A stretch of DNA of 54,715 nt, filler included, from Asterionella formosa (lineage: Eukaryota), in NCBI GenBank assembly GCA_002256025.1. It is 5 parts of 5 records of this genome, joined end to end, with 100 filler letters (N's around TTAATTAATTAA, not from the genome) between each part and the next. Parts side by side here need not be neighbours in the genome. Positions count along the whole stretch, not along the records: positions 32,901 to 43,758 come from NKIB01009094.1; positions 43,859 to 54,715 come from NKIB01009095.1; 3 more parts are not named here. One strand, written 5' to 3'. Position numbers and translations under genes: made by a program. The notes under the pieces are model-generated. The model was not told the origin of the DNA. It was given only the letters and a program-made list of their open reading frames with translations, and ran no database searches. This document shows, one piece after another, positions 39,198-51,550 of the stretch. Each line of letters begins with the position of its first letter. The stretch's first letter is position 1.

Positions 39198-41390
39198 CTA
39201 TTTGTTCTTTTTCACTCCCAAAGAACCTAAGATGGTCCTTCTCGTTTCGTCCGAAATTTTTCTTCTCCACTTTTCAACTGCAGTTCGATATGAGTTTGTA
39301 AGCTTTTTCAATTTGATTCCAGAAGGGCTATCATCAGTTACAAAATATTTTTGCAACTTTTTGTCAATTTGGATGCATCCAGAAATTTGGCCAAGAGGTG
39401 CATGATTATACCATCTGAAGGGAGCAACTTTTTTATTCATTTGTTGGATCATGGATTTCACCTTGACAACATCATCCCTCTTGGAAGATGAATTGCAAGG
39501 AAGTCGTCCAAATACTTAGTTCAAAATTTTTAAATCTAAATTGGAGCTCAAAATTTTGTCGATACAAAATTGAAGAACAGTTATTTCCAACTGAAACATA
39601 TCCTTACAAATGTTTGTCGTTGTCACTTGAGGCCAAACTGTTCCAAGATGAAAGTATGTTGACTTGGTTGGTGGGTCAGATGTAACAGATAACAAATCGT
39701 CTGTTCGATCAGTTGCTACCACCTGACGTTTTAAAACTTTCCAGGACTCAGTCTCCAAACGGAATTGAGCCCGCCGGTTGCCAAGAAATTTGCATTTGCC
39801 ATTCCTTTCTAGTTGCAATAGAGTTTCCAATACTTTCACAATTGTAAATGGTCCACATGACCATCCACTATCATCTTCTGGTTGAAATAACATGAAATCA
39901 TGTTCAGTGGCCATAATGATCTGCAATGGTGCCATGCTTTGGTGCCAGTATAGAAAGATTCCGATAAACCAATTTCTTCAGGTGTATGGTATTCTTGTGG
40001 ATGATATCCTGTATCGGTGCGAAACAATTCCAATTGTCTGCAGCATCCAGGGATGATGCAATACTTACGGGCAAGGTGAAATACTTGATCATTATGTTCA
40101 TCCAAACTTGCATCTTTTCCTGGATCACGGACTTGACATAATCCATCATTTATAGCAAAAAGATAATGCACAAAATGGTTGTTTTCCTCCTCATCTGATC
40201 TTTTGCTATAAACAATTAGCACATAGTTACTGTCATGATGAAGTGGATGACAATCACCTTGGTATGACAAATATATGGTTTGTCATTGCCCTTTTCTGGG
40301 TTCTCATCCAGATCAAATATAACCTTTACATCAGTTGGATGAAGTTCATGAATTATATAATGGATCATAGAGGTAATTGTTTCAAGGTCCCAATATGCAA
40401 GATCTTTAAAATCTGAAGATGATTTTTTGATACCTTTGACTCCATTACTAAGTACGACAGAGGCGTAATTGCATATTTCTTGTGGGGTATGTGTGTACAA
40501 ATCTTTCCACAATTTTAGTTGTCCATGCGATTTCGGCAAACTCAAGGAAAATGCCGTTTGCTTTGGCATAATAACTCTACACATTTCACATGCTGACTCT
40601 TCACAAAAGCAGCTAGCTGCCTTCGGGATTGTTCTCGATGATTTTACAAAGAAATCCTAATCTTTTTCTTCCATGTATGATTTTGAAAAAGATTCAATTT
40701 TTTCTTCAAACTTAGTTCCCGACTTGTGCATCAACTGCCTTAGCCAGCATCACATCTCTGTCTGCATTGATCTTATTGAATTCGAGGTCTTGATCTAGCT
40801 CGGACTTTTTCTTGAATATCTTGCTTTTCTTTTAGAAATGCAATAGTTTCTCTGCTTTCATGATGTTCTTCTTGATGTGCGTTCTGGACGAATAGTGAGA
40901 CATATTTCTTGGTTTTGCAACTTTTCAACCATTTCTTCTTCAGAAGTGATGTCTCCCACATTTCCGCCGGTATTTTCAGTCATCGCATGAACTTGTTCAT
41001 CAAATGAATGAGAATCACTGAGTTCTTCTTCATTATCAGCGATTTCAGGAGAACGAGGAGCAAAATACGACACTGGATGGAACTGTGACTCTGTAGAAAT
41101 AGAATCTTCATCTGCAAAGAACAACTGTCTGGGTTTCCTCTTCGAAAGCAATCTTTCCATCTTTTCAATCACTGCCACTATTGTATCGGCATACTTCATT
41201 ATTTTTCTGGAGTATTATGAATCTGTTCAAATTCATTTTTTATTTGAGTGTATTCAAAGGAATCTTCGATTGATTTCATAAGTTTCTTCATCTTCTTTTC
41301 CGAAATCATAAAGTCGTGTAGTGTAAACAATGGAAGTAAGTCACGTTTCTTGTTTGACTGATCCTTTGCATGAAGTCCATGAAATGCCAT
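39198..41390 (-). pseudogene. Convergent ORF with Ulp1/C48 (clan CE) cysteine-protease-like domain, decayed
   Basis: Overlapping minus ORFs give PLHHDSNYVLIVY, then INDGL, then QPEDDSGWSCGPF, the His-Asp-Gln/Cys order of Ulp1-like proteases; charged N-terminal region. Confidence 0.55.
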
Positions 41391-42164
41391 TTGGAAAGCA
41401 AGTTGTCAAAGAGCCAGAAGACTATGATGTAAAACAGTGGAAGGGAAACGCGGAGCTTTTTGCGGCGCTTGTGGAGGTGCAGCTGGTGTGATGGTAACCG
41501 AGTGTAGTAGATGTTGAACAGAGCACAGCAGTGTAATATGCATGTTCCGGCAGCGTAGTGTTTACACAATACACATGCCGGCATAAATACAGCTATAACA
41601 AGGAGAAACGACATGACAATGAACGTGATGGCTGGTTGTTGAGGATACCAGTATGTGATATGCATCAATCCATATCACAAAACATATTATAGTGATGTAC
41701 ATATCAATGCATCCATATAATTAGATCCTATCCACCGTATAATATTATCATATTAACTGTTGGCTTTTACTGTATACATTAAAAGTCGAATTTTTATATT
41801 AAGTAACATAATTATGATTTATTTATTTTCTGTGATGTATCGATAACACTTGCGTACATATTTTATCGTATTTTATTGTCATTGTATTATTTTAACATGA
41901 TCATATTTTGATTAAAATTATATCATAAACATTTTAAGAAATCATCACAGCTCTATGATCAATGCATCATAGCTATGTGATATACTTTTTCCAATATCAC
42001 GTATCATACTTTGGTGATGTATGCATCGATGTAAACCTATCGTGATATCATAGTATCATCTTATCAATCATGATGAGATGATTGGGAACTGTAGTATTCT
42101 GCATCGTACTAAGGAGTATGATATTATAACACGCACTTTAGTAGCTAAGTCACTCCTGTAATGT

Positions 42165-42600
42165 AAACAAGTCGACAGTGCACATTCACACACACGCTAA
42201 TCAGGTTTGAGGCAGCGGACAGTGGTTCCAACGAGCGAATGACGATACCACGGGTACCAATTTTTCCAGCGGCAAACCGCACACTTGTCCCTCTATTGAT
42301 GAGGATCACACGGACACCGACTTTTCCAGGAGCAAACAACAATGAAGAGACCCACTTGTCGCTCTATTGATGGTAACAAAGATGCGGACAAGTTCAACAA
42401 TGAATACAATACAAGAACAACATACCAATGAAAACAAGTCAACAGTGTTTGTACGCACACGCCAAGCAGGTTTGAGGCAACGGACAGTTCCAACAAGCAA
42501 ATGACGATACAGATATCAAGTATTTCCTAGGAGCAAACAACAATGAAGAGAGCCACTTGCTTTCGCTCTCTTGATGGTATCAAAGATGCGGACAAGTTCA
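42165..42600. repeat. Degenerate tandem duplication
   Basis: CAGGTTTGAGGCA.CGGACAG, AGGAGCAAACAACAATGAAGAGA and AAAGATGCGGACAAGTTCAA each occur twice in the same order. Confidence 0.75.
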
Positions 42601-43415
42601 ATAGTAAATACAAGTATAGCATGCCAAATGCAGAAATGAGCGACATGAAAAAGAAATTGTAATCAGAATCATTCTATAACTATAGCTATGTGGACAGTAG
42701 TCTGTTGCATTTTCGTCTCTCCTTCTATGCTGAATCTCAATGGTAGATGTAGTATCATGTGAGAATTGAAAATATCAACAAGGACAAGTAGAATGTGTTT
42801 GTTTACGGGTTGATTGGCGAGATTGTCATGCTGGTGGTCGACGAAACGGATTCACAATGTGCGCTGTGTGCGGAACCATTACGAGTTCGAATGATTTCTT
42901 CTCTGTAAACTCTTAATTGAATGATTATGAACAAAGGTTCACTGCACATGACGATTACTCAAAGATATAATGATCACATGATCAACAATTGAAGACATCG
43001 TTATTGCAAACAATCATTCCACTTGTCATCGCTAGTATTTCGTTGTTGTTGCAAAAATCAGAGTGATGACGGATGGAAATGATGAGCAAAATCACATTAC
43101 TTCAGCTGGTACATTATCCTACTAAGAAATTCGAATACAGGAATCTAATAGAAACAATACATATAAAAATTAAATATATGTAGTCAAAAGGGTTACTATT
43201 TAAATTACAAAGGCATTTATCAAAATTATTAGATGATATAACGAAAAATTATGATCAGATGATCACAATCCTATGATGCATCATGGAAATATGATAGTTT
43301 TTATTTGCAGACGATGCGGACCCATAAATTCTTAATAGGCTCATCTGGTGTCCAAGAATCAGCCAAGCGCATGCAATTAAATTCTAAATCATCAGCACTC
43401 AAGGTTGCATAGGTA

Positions 43416-43758
43416 CATCTAAGACGCCGTTTATGGCACTGTTTCGAATTTATGTCTAAAGTGACATATTAATGCTACTTTTCTAAAATATTAAGTTACT
43501 TTTTCCCTAATTTATTCGGGTTAAACAAAAATTCATTTCACTTCTCGAATAAATTTGATCACACCAATAATTATGTGTGTTTGTGACAATTTATGTTTAC
43601 CAACTAGCCATCGCGACAGTATAAAAGCGAAATTATGCTGCTCCGCTGCAATATTATGCTGCTTTCACCATATTATAAACTAAAGAGTCGCCAATTCCGA
43701 TTCACTTATTATTTTTTCTGCTCCGACATATTTCTTTGATCTCAACTGGCAAATAACA
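43416..43758. mobile_element. Diverged relative of the CATCTAAG-terminal repeat
   Basis: TA|CATCTAAGACGCCGTTTATGGCACTGTTTCGAATTTATGTCTA resembles the reverse complement of the 33025 and 43994 termini. Confidence 0.5.
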
Positions 43759-43858
43759 NNNNNNNNNNNNNNNNNNNNNNNNNNNNNNNNNNNNNNNNNN
43801 NNTTAATTAATTAANNNNNNNNNNNNNNNNNNNNNNNNNNNNNNNNNNNNNNNNNNNN
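43759..43858. other. Artificial contig linker
   Basis: N44-TTAATTAATTAA-N44. Confidence 0.98.
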
Positions 43859-43994
43859 GTTAAAACTTCACATGAAACCGTTAAAAGTAATCTTTTTTAC
43901 GTGAAGAGTGGCATTAATGCATGTGAAGTACCACATAATTAACACTCATACGTAGACGAAATTTCGAAAAGTGGCGTATTTCGCGGCTTAGATG
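43859..43994. mobile_element. Second copy of the young repeat terminus
   Basis: Matches 32901-33025 over 125 bp. Confidence 0.8.
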
Positions 43995-44277
43995 CAGCTA
44001 CTAGACTCATCATTTGAGTCGCTCATCATCATCTCTGAAATCGTTTATACTGGCCTCTTCTACCTTTGTATCAATTTTACTTTTTATAACTAACCAGTAA
44101 TTTATGTTTTATAGATTGATAATACCATTGCCATTGGAGTCTTGGTCGCCAATATTGGAGGTGTTGTTGTGGCTTCTTGCATGAGCATTAATTGTAGACA
44201 GCAAGGCATATTGTTGTTGGATTAAAACTTGTTGTTGTCCCAGAAAAGGTTGATAAAAGATGTCATTCCCAAATAAA

Positions 44278-45075
44278 TCAAACAGGAAGTAATGGCCAGG
44301 TTTCTTGCAAATGCAGAGTAATTTTGCATAGGAGCATCACTGTGACTATTCCAAGAATCATTATCACTATTGGATGATTGATAGCAAACAGAATTGTAAT
44401 GAGACCTCCTGCTTTAGCAATCTCAATTGCCACCATGATGTAGGCATTCATAAACATGATCCGAAGTGCTCTAAGACCATTTTCTAGAACACCAGCATTA
44501 CAAGAATTCTTAGCCACAGCAAACAGAATTGTAGCGAAACCTCCTGCTTTAGCAATTGCCACTGTGAAGTTGTAATTCCCAAGTGCTACACAACCATAGT
44601 ATTGCACATAAACATTCAATGGATAATTCTTCATAGCAGACAGAATCACAGTGAAACCTCCTGCTGCAATAATCGACACTTTGGTGTTGTCATTCACAGT
44701 CAAGTTACAAAGTGCTGCACAACCATAGTGCTGCAAAGTAGCATTGGAGGAATGATAAACCATAGCAGACAGAATCGTAGTGATACCTCCTGCTTCAGGA
44801 ATCGTCACCTGGTTGTTGTCATTAATAGCCAGGTTCCAAAGTACAGCACAACCATAGTGCTGCAAAGTAGCATTGAAGGAAGGAATACTTATCCATGGCA
44901 GACAGAATTGTTGTGATACCTCTTTTGTCAGCAATCATCACCTTTTTATTTCATTATCCTCAGGCGATTTTGCAAGCCCCATGAGACCTTCTTCTTGAAT
45001 GTCCGTATCCTTTCCATTCTTGTCCATCTTTGAAAGAATCTCAGCAATCGTGGAGGCGATATTCGCCATGTTTGT
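44278..45075 (-). pseudogene. Armadillo-repeat (aardvark-like) protein, frameshifted
   Basis: ~43-aa repeats LQHYGCA.L.NL..ND.N.V.I..AGG.T.ILSAM; an upstream repeat (TDIQEEGLMGL) is separated by stops or frameshifts. Confidence 0.8.
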
Positions 45076-45230
45076 TTTGTTGAGATTGGCTGAGTTGTGT
45101 TGGCTTCTGATGGTTTGCGGTTTTTGTTTGCATCAACAGGTGTTCTAATTTCATTTAATAAGTCATTATCAAATGCATTATGTCCAAAGTAAAGTGTAGT
45201 CGGCTTTATTGTCTTTGAGAGCCTCTGCAA

Positions 45231-46270
45231 TTGTGAGATTCAGATGGGGATTTGTTCTTCCGAAATTTGTACATACACAGATAACAGCATTGCAATCATG
45301 TCAGCAAATAAATTGCAAATTTTAAATGATTACCAAGTCAGAATATGAAAAGGATAGAATGAAAATGAATTAATAATTATAAATTCGGCATCAATCCAAA
45401 CATGCTGTGCTGGACAATACAGAGTCATGAAATTATCACTCCACCATAGTTGTACAAATGGAGGTATACCGCTACATATAGTACAGGCAGCACTAATAGT
45501 AGTATAGAGCAGCGTCAATCATTTCTTAACATCTATGATATGGTTTGCATTGTAGAAGTCTCACACTAACTATATTTATTATGTAACTAGTACTGAGTAT
45601 GCATTGGATTCTATTAATTACATTCAAAATCAACTTCTTCATCAATGTCCAGTTGATTAGTAAAGCGGTCATTGTAATCAATATTCTTCTCAAGAACATT
45701 TGGTTGAAGTGGTTCAACATTTTGATGCATATCCTCTTCACTTACATTGGGAAATGAGAAGTATGAGTGTGGGTAGATGATATTTGTTGTGGAAGTAGCA
45801 ATTCCACTAGGATTCCTGCCTTCCATATTCAGATCGATTCTTTTGTGAAAGTCCAGCGTAGATTTCCTTACAAAAACCGAGTAAATCAATATCATCAGTC
45901 CATTGATCAGTGAGACCATTTGAAACTGAACTTTCTTCCCTCACACTTTTTTGATAAGTGGTTTCCCACCAATGTCAACAAAATCAGTAGAATGACGAAT
46001 ATCGCCTCGTTCTCTGACCCAAATATTTTTGTTGCAATCGGAATTTTCCTTTCAGCACCAAGAAGCAAAAGGCTTTTGTACTGGCATTGATCAGCAAACC
46101 AACAAAACGAGATTGCAATTCACACTGTGCCCAAAGACGTAGTTGAAATTTGGTCATACCAGATTTGTCTCCTGTTAAAAATGGTTCTCCACGGCTTGTC
46201 CTGCCTATACAATACACTGGAGCAAGAACATCACGCCAGACTTGGTATCCTTAGCTTCCCCTGTCAATGT
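45231..46270 (-). mobile_element. Internal fragment of a second copy of the Plavaka-like element
   Basis: Reverse complement is colinear with ~34763-35781 (TKFQL.L.AQCELQSRFVG; GAAGAACAAATCCCCATCTGA). Confidence 0.9.
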
Positions 46271-47053
46271 TGTTGAGAACCCCAATGGTTTCCTACAGGT
46301 TTCCTGACTTATTGACCCAGCATGACGTCACTTCAATGGCAACTCAGCCCGAAGCAACAACTGGTGTCTCTAAACCACTCATTAATTATCATTTCATCGA
46401 TTACCATTATACCTAGTAGCCTATTGAGTTTTTCAATAGAACTGATATTTTTGGCTGACTTGTCACCATGACAAGTGAAGGAGCCTTCCAGTCGAACTTT
46501 CCAGCACCCTCGCTGACCCCCTTGGCACTCTCACCGAGCAACCAACTTACCTCACGATCGAAACAGCCCAAAAGTAACTCTACACCAATGCGATCTCCGT
46601 CCACTACTATGATGGAAGATGACTTAACGGTCACCTCGCGCTCACTGTTACTCCCACGACCACATACCTCATGATCGCCGGAGTCCCCTACGTGCCCCCT
46701 GCTGCTGCACCCTCTGCGGAACCAGTGTTCCTCATGGAGGCGCCTACCGGCCCAAAAATCACTGAAGCCAACCGCCTGCTTCTGGTCCGCCAAAAGACCT
46801 TCAAACTAAATCATGATGTTGACAAAGCCCTCGTCCGCCAAATTGTCGCTGCGATGCTGCTGATCTATCTACACGCCTTGAATGATAGGCATTCCTATTT
46901 CTCATGCATCACTTGTCTCCAAATGCTCACTCACCTGCACACACAATACGCCCGAGTAACCATGGAAATGAAAGATGACAACATTCAGCACATGTCCACA
47001 GCATGGCATCCCCCAATGCCCATTGACACACTTTTTCAGCAACTAGAAGATGG
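46271..47053 (+). mobile_element. 5' part of a CoDi-like Copia element (putative LTR plus gag fragment 46468-47053)
   Basis: TGTTG begins exactly where Plavaka homology stops. Gag-like FPAPSLT..PTY, NAISV, GHLAL, LTHLHTQY and WHPPMPIDTLFQQLEDG; frameshifted and truncated. Confidence 0.7.
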
Positions 47054-47383
47054 CATATATATACGAGTTCTTATATACGCATAACCTAACATGTGTATGC
47101 TACTAACCTAACGTACAAATTTGATTGATCATACAGACACTGAAGTGAAGGAGGGGAGGACAAGAGAGATTGATGAGGTCGATGAACAAGGAGATGATGG
47201 AGGAGGGGAGTCCGATAACTAACCTGACAAGCTCAAAAGGAGATTGGAAGGTGTGTTTGTTAAAAGAGTGATTAGATTAAGTTGATATAGAAGAACGATG
47301 ATTTAAATAAGATGCATAGGTACTGTCAGACAAACAGACACAGACATATACTGACATGTCATGTAAAGAGGTGATTCATAACA
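47054..47383 (-). mobile_element. Copia 3' LTR, left boundary approximate
   Basis: Minus strand reads PPT GAGATGGGGGGA directly followed by TGTTATG at 47383. Confidence 0.7.
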
Positions 47384-47435
47384 TCCCCCCATCTCATAAC
47401 AAAATGAGATAAAAGGAGTAGAATCAATATGATTG

Positions 47436-50400
47436 TCAAAGAACTGATTTGTCAGGTCGTACGAGCGTGGCGACCGCACGATGACTGGCATTGATAAATT
47501 GATATCCCATCATAGTCATGCAATGTGCACGTAGAGTAGAATACGGGAGTGCCTTGGTAAAATGGTCATCTAAATTGTGAGCAGACGAGACCCAGGTAAA
47601 ATGGACTCTGCCATGACGGACATTTTCTTGCAAAGCCTGCGGTTTTGTAGCAATATGACGAACATTGCATGTTAATTTACTCGCATGCGCAATGATTTGT
47701 GCAGCAGAATTGTCTTCTCCAATGGAGATAGCATCATGATAAGGAATTGACATATCCTCCATGTAAATGCGTAGCCACAAAACATGTTTAGATAAGGTGG
47801 TGGCTGCATCAAGTTCTGCTTCAGTAGTATTGTATGCTGTTGTACTTTGTTTGCGGCAGAATGTAATTACTGCAGTATCATTAATCATAATGACACCACC
47901 AGAATAGGCTAACCGGTCAAATATGGCACCTCCAAAGTTATCATCCGCATAGCCTTTGGTGGTAGGTGCTATTCCAAGAAGAGGTTTGCTATATTAGAAA
48001 AATGTTTCTGTTCTTGAAGCGTGTATGATAATGAGGCAGATACTGATGAAGTGGAGATCAGACCAGTCATAATACGGGACATATGCCAGAAAGTTTGATC
48101 TTTGTCAAATTGGTGAGCTTCAACGCTGATGACAGTAGGTTCACCCAGCCACGGAGCGGCTTGACTGATATGTGAAACCGAAACCGTGGAACCCCGAGAT
48201 ACTTTTCTGTTGAATGCAAGTGGAATATCCGGATATTGATGGAGATATTTCGCAATTTGTAGTAATGCATCAAAATCTAATGATCCAGGAGCATTTTGAT
48301 ATTGAGCCAGCCTTTGTACAGCTGTTTGTATATCAAGCCTGGTCCATTGGCATAGATGTTGAAATTGCCCCAACAACGTCCTATATTCAAAACCATAAAG
48401 TTGAATCGCTTTATGAAGTTCACTGGGAGAATATGGTATACAACTATCGAGTGCTTCTTCATGTTGTACGCCACTGAGCATAGGAATCATGTTTGCTCTT
48501 GAGATAATTTGTTTATCCCAGGACAAACCATAAACATATTGAAGAACTTCATGAACCCTATGAGTTTGGTCAATTGTCATACAATTGGAACTAAACAGGA
48601 ATCTGAGACCAAAAAATGAGAGACTTGCCCCATATTGTGTATCTTCCAGTGAGATTCAAGAGTAGTAACAATATGGTTGTATGTATCCAGTGACGAAGTT
48701 CCGACCAAAATATCATCAGTAGCTCTGGCTAAGATGACATGACATTGATTAATTGTACCTTGGTAGATGCATTGATCTGCGCGATTTTTGATTAGGCCCA
48801 GTTGTCCACAGAGCAATTTATCAACATGTTCTCCCCATTCTCGAGAAGCATCTTTGCGCCCTTGGACATGAGCAGACATTTCCACACGCAAGCTTTTCCA
48901 AGATTGTTTGGCCAGTTTATATTGAACTGGGAATCTGGTTTGATACCAGAGCATATATTCAGGAAAAACTTTGAGCCAGATACGGTTCCCTGCTGCATTA
49001 GGTGGAGCAGGAGTATTTTGAAAGGCATTGCTAATATCAAGATGATAGAAATTGTAATGCATATAAGTGCCAATGGCCAAAAAAACCTTGATCGACATAG
49101 CGAGTATGGTGGGAGCAAAAGATTCAGTATCATCCACTCCTTTAATTTGATAGCTGCCATTCACACATAGCCGAACTATCATCCACTCCTTTAATTGGCT
49201 GAATTCACCACATGTTTGAGAACCAAAACAGCCGGAAGCAGAGTTGCATCATGGGGTGGAAGGCCAGGAGCGCCAAAGGTCCCAATGCTATGACAGTTAT
49301 CTAGATGATGAAAGAGCGCCGCGGTCCATTCTCCTCGAAATGGTCCTTTCATTGCTTCATGAAATGATCGTGGACAGAGTGTATTCGGATGAGAAGTGAT
49401 GGAAGAGACAGTAAATCCTGACCGAAGCATACTGATATCCCCCGCACTGAAGAAAATGTATCTTTCCGGTCATGGTTTGTGTGTGTTTTCTTCACTGACA
49501 GTAGAGTGAGGAGGTTGGTGAGCATACCAGGAACGAATCGTGGATCATGAGGATCACTTAAAGAAAGACGCCCATGTGTAGCAAGGACATATCCATCAAG
49601 TATCTCCTCAGCATCATTGATAGTGCGTACATCATTTCCGTTAATCTGTAACAGTACTCTACCCTTTAATATTTGTGTAGGGCCTTTTGTCATACAACGC
49701 CCGAAAGCACTATTGGGTTCGATCCCAATTATCTCACATTGTGCTAGGTCAGCATGGTAATGGAGAAGTAAGCCATGTGCCTCATCTGGTAATAGATCAG
49801 AAATTTCTGTTATGGACATGTCGTGATTTAGCCATGGTGAACAACTTGGCATAAGATCAGAGATTGCTGTTTTCAAAGCGGCTGTGTGTTGAAATGGAAA
49901 CATCAACAGCTGAGTGATTCAGGAGAGCTTTTGCTACTGGAGACCGATCACTAGGAAGTCTGTGAACACAAAGTTCATCAACAACAGCTTGATGAGCATA
50001 TTGAACCCTGCCGGAATCCCCAATATATTGGTAGATATGCGCAGTCCCTTGGAAACCAACAAAAGTTCCAAGAAGTTTATTAGAATCAGGACGATGCCGA
50101 CTGGCGCATCGATTCTTGACATGGAGTGGAGAGCCAAAAATAAAAGCCATTGATAAATTAGGTGCATTTTTGTGGAACACTTCATGAGGGGTGCGACCAT
50201 TATGGGCATCACTAGGCCGAACATTAAGAAGAAAAGTGGCATATGTGACAGCAAAACACCAGAGTGAGGGATCCATTTGTGCTCCATATAAGAGACATTG
50301 AGCCGTGAGTCTAATAAATTTAATGGAGACCTCAGCTTTTCCGTTTTGCGAGGATGAGTACGGGTCAGTGGGCTCCACGGAGATGTGCAGCAGAGACAAC

Positions 50401-51550
50401 TCGGTCTTGAGCGTGTGGTTAGCAAATAATTCCCCATCCACATGGGTATGGCGCAAAGGGTTGCCAGTATGGAGCTACAAGTGCTGGATGATCCAAAGGA
50501 TGAGTTTTACTGGTGTAGTGCGTGATTGACGACAGGATGTCCAACGATGATTAGAGGTTGCCTCTGTGACTACTAAAAAGCATTTAAATTCACGGCAGGA
50601 TTGTTTACCATAGAATCCAAAATCCATATGGATAAGACTTCCAAGAACCTTGAAAGGAGATTCAACAGTAGGACCTCTGGATAAGGAGGATAGTTTTTCT
50701 TTGAGACAGATTGGACAGGAAAATGTGTCTGGTATAGGGACATTCAAAGGGCGACCCATAACGCTTGTTCCATTGAGCAATAATTCCATAGCACACCGGC
50801 CTGGGCAGCCCATTCGAAGATGAATGAGATGATAAAGTCCTGATGGTTTCACGGTTTTGATAAGGTCAATAGCAGAGGTGGTAATTCCTAAAGACGGTTT
50901 ATGTAAATGGACAATGATGTAGTCTGAATCATCAAAGGTCAATAACTTGAAAGAATATTCTTTCCCGTTGGGAAGTTTTAACCATAACAGGTTACCTGTG
51001 CAACGAAGTCGATGATCAGCCTCATAGCCTAGGCGTTAGAGAGCATGAATACTGAGGGAGCGCCGCCAATAGTGTGGCATTTCCACCGTGTTGGGAAGTG
51101 ATACCTCCAGTTCAACAGTTGTATCTGATAAAATGAAACATGGATAAAGTGTGCCCATGTATCCAACTTTATCGGCGTCACCAAGTTTAGCAGTCTGGCA
51201 TAGAGCAGTGGAGCTCACAACATTGTGTAATTTGTTGCTCATGCAAGTGACATTCCCATTTGCTCCAGTGTCCAAATGCATCAAAGTTTTACCGTCGTGG
51301 AGATTTGCAGCAAATTCCAGACCAGTGGTGGATGAGGAAGTGGAGGAGTGCGGTAGAGAGGAACAGATATGTGTAAGAACTTCAGTGGGATCAGAGTTTA
51401 TCAAAGCTAAGTCATCAACAACCTCGTGTGAAAAACGAATATGAGCAATGAAAGCGACCATGCCTGTCTGATAAACAAACTGGGGAAGATTTGATAACCT
51501 GATCATTGTCAATATCACGAGGTCCAGGGGATCTAGGAGCGGGGACATCC
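47436..51550 (-). pseudogene. Ty1/Copia pol (PR-IN-RT-RNase H), degenerate
   Basis: Protease LDTGAN; pre-integrase HLRMG..CPIC; integrase IHMDFGF, VDGE, PYSSSQNGKAE; RT LDISNAF, ADQCIY, ATDDIL; RNase H YADDNFG, TTEAEL, EDNSAA, DHFTKAL. Copia domain order; no 5' LTR found. Confidence 0.95.
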
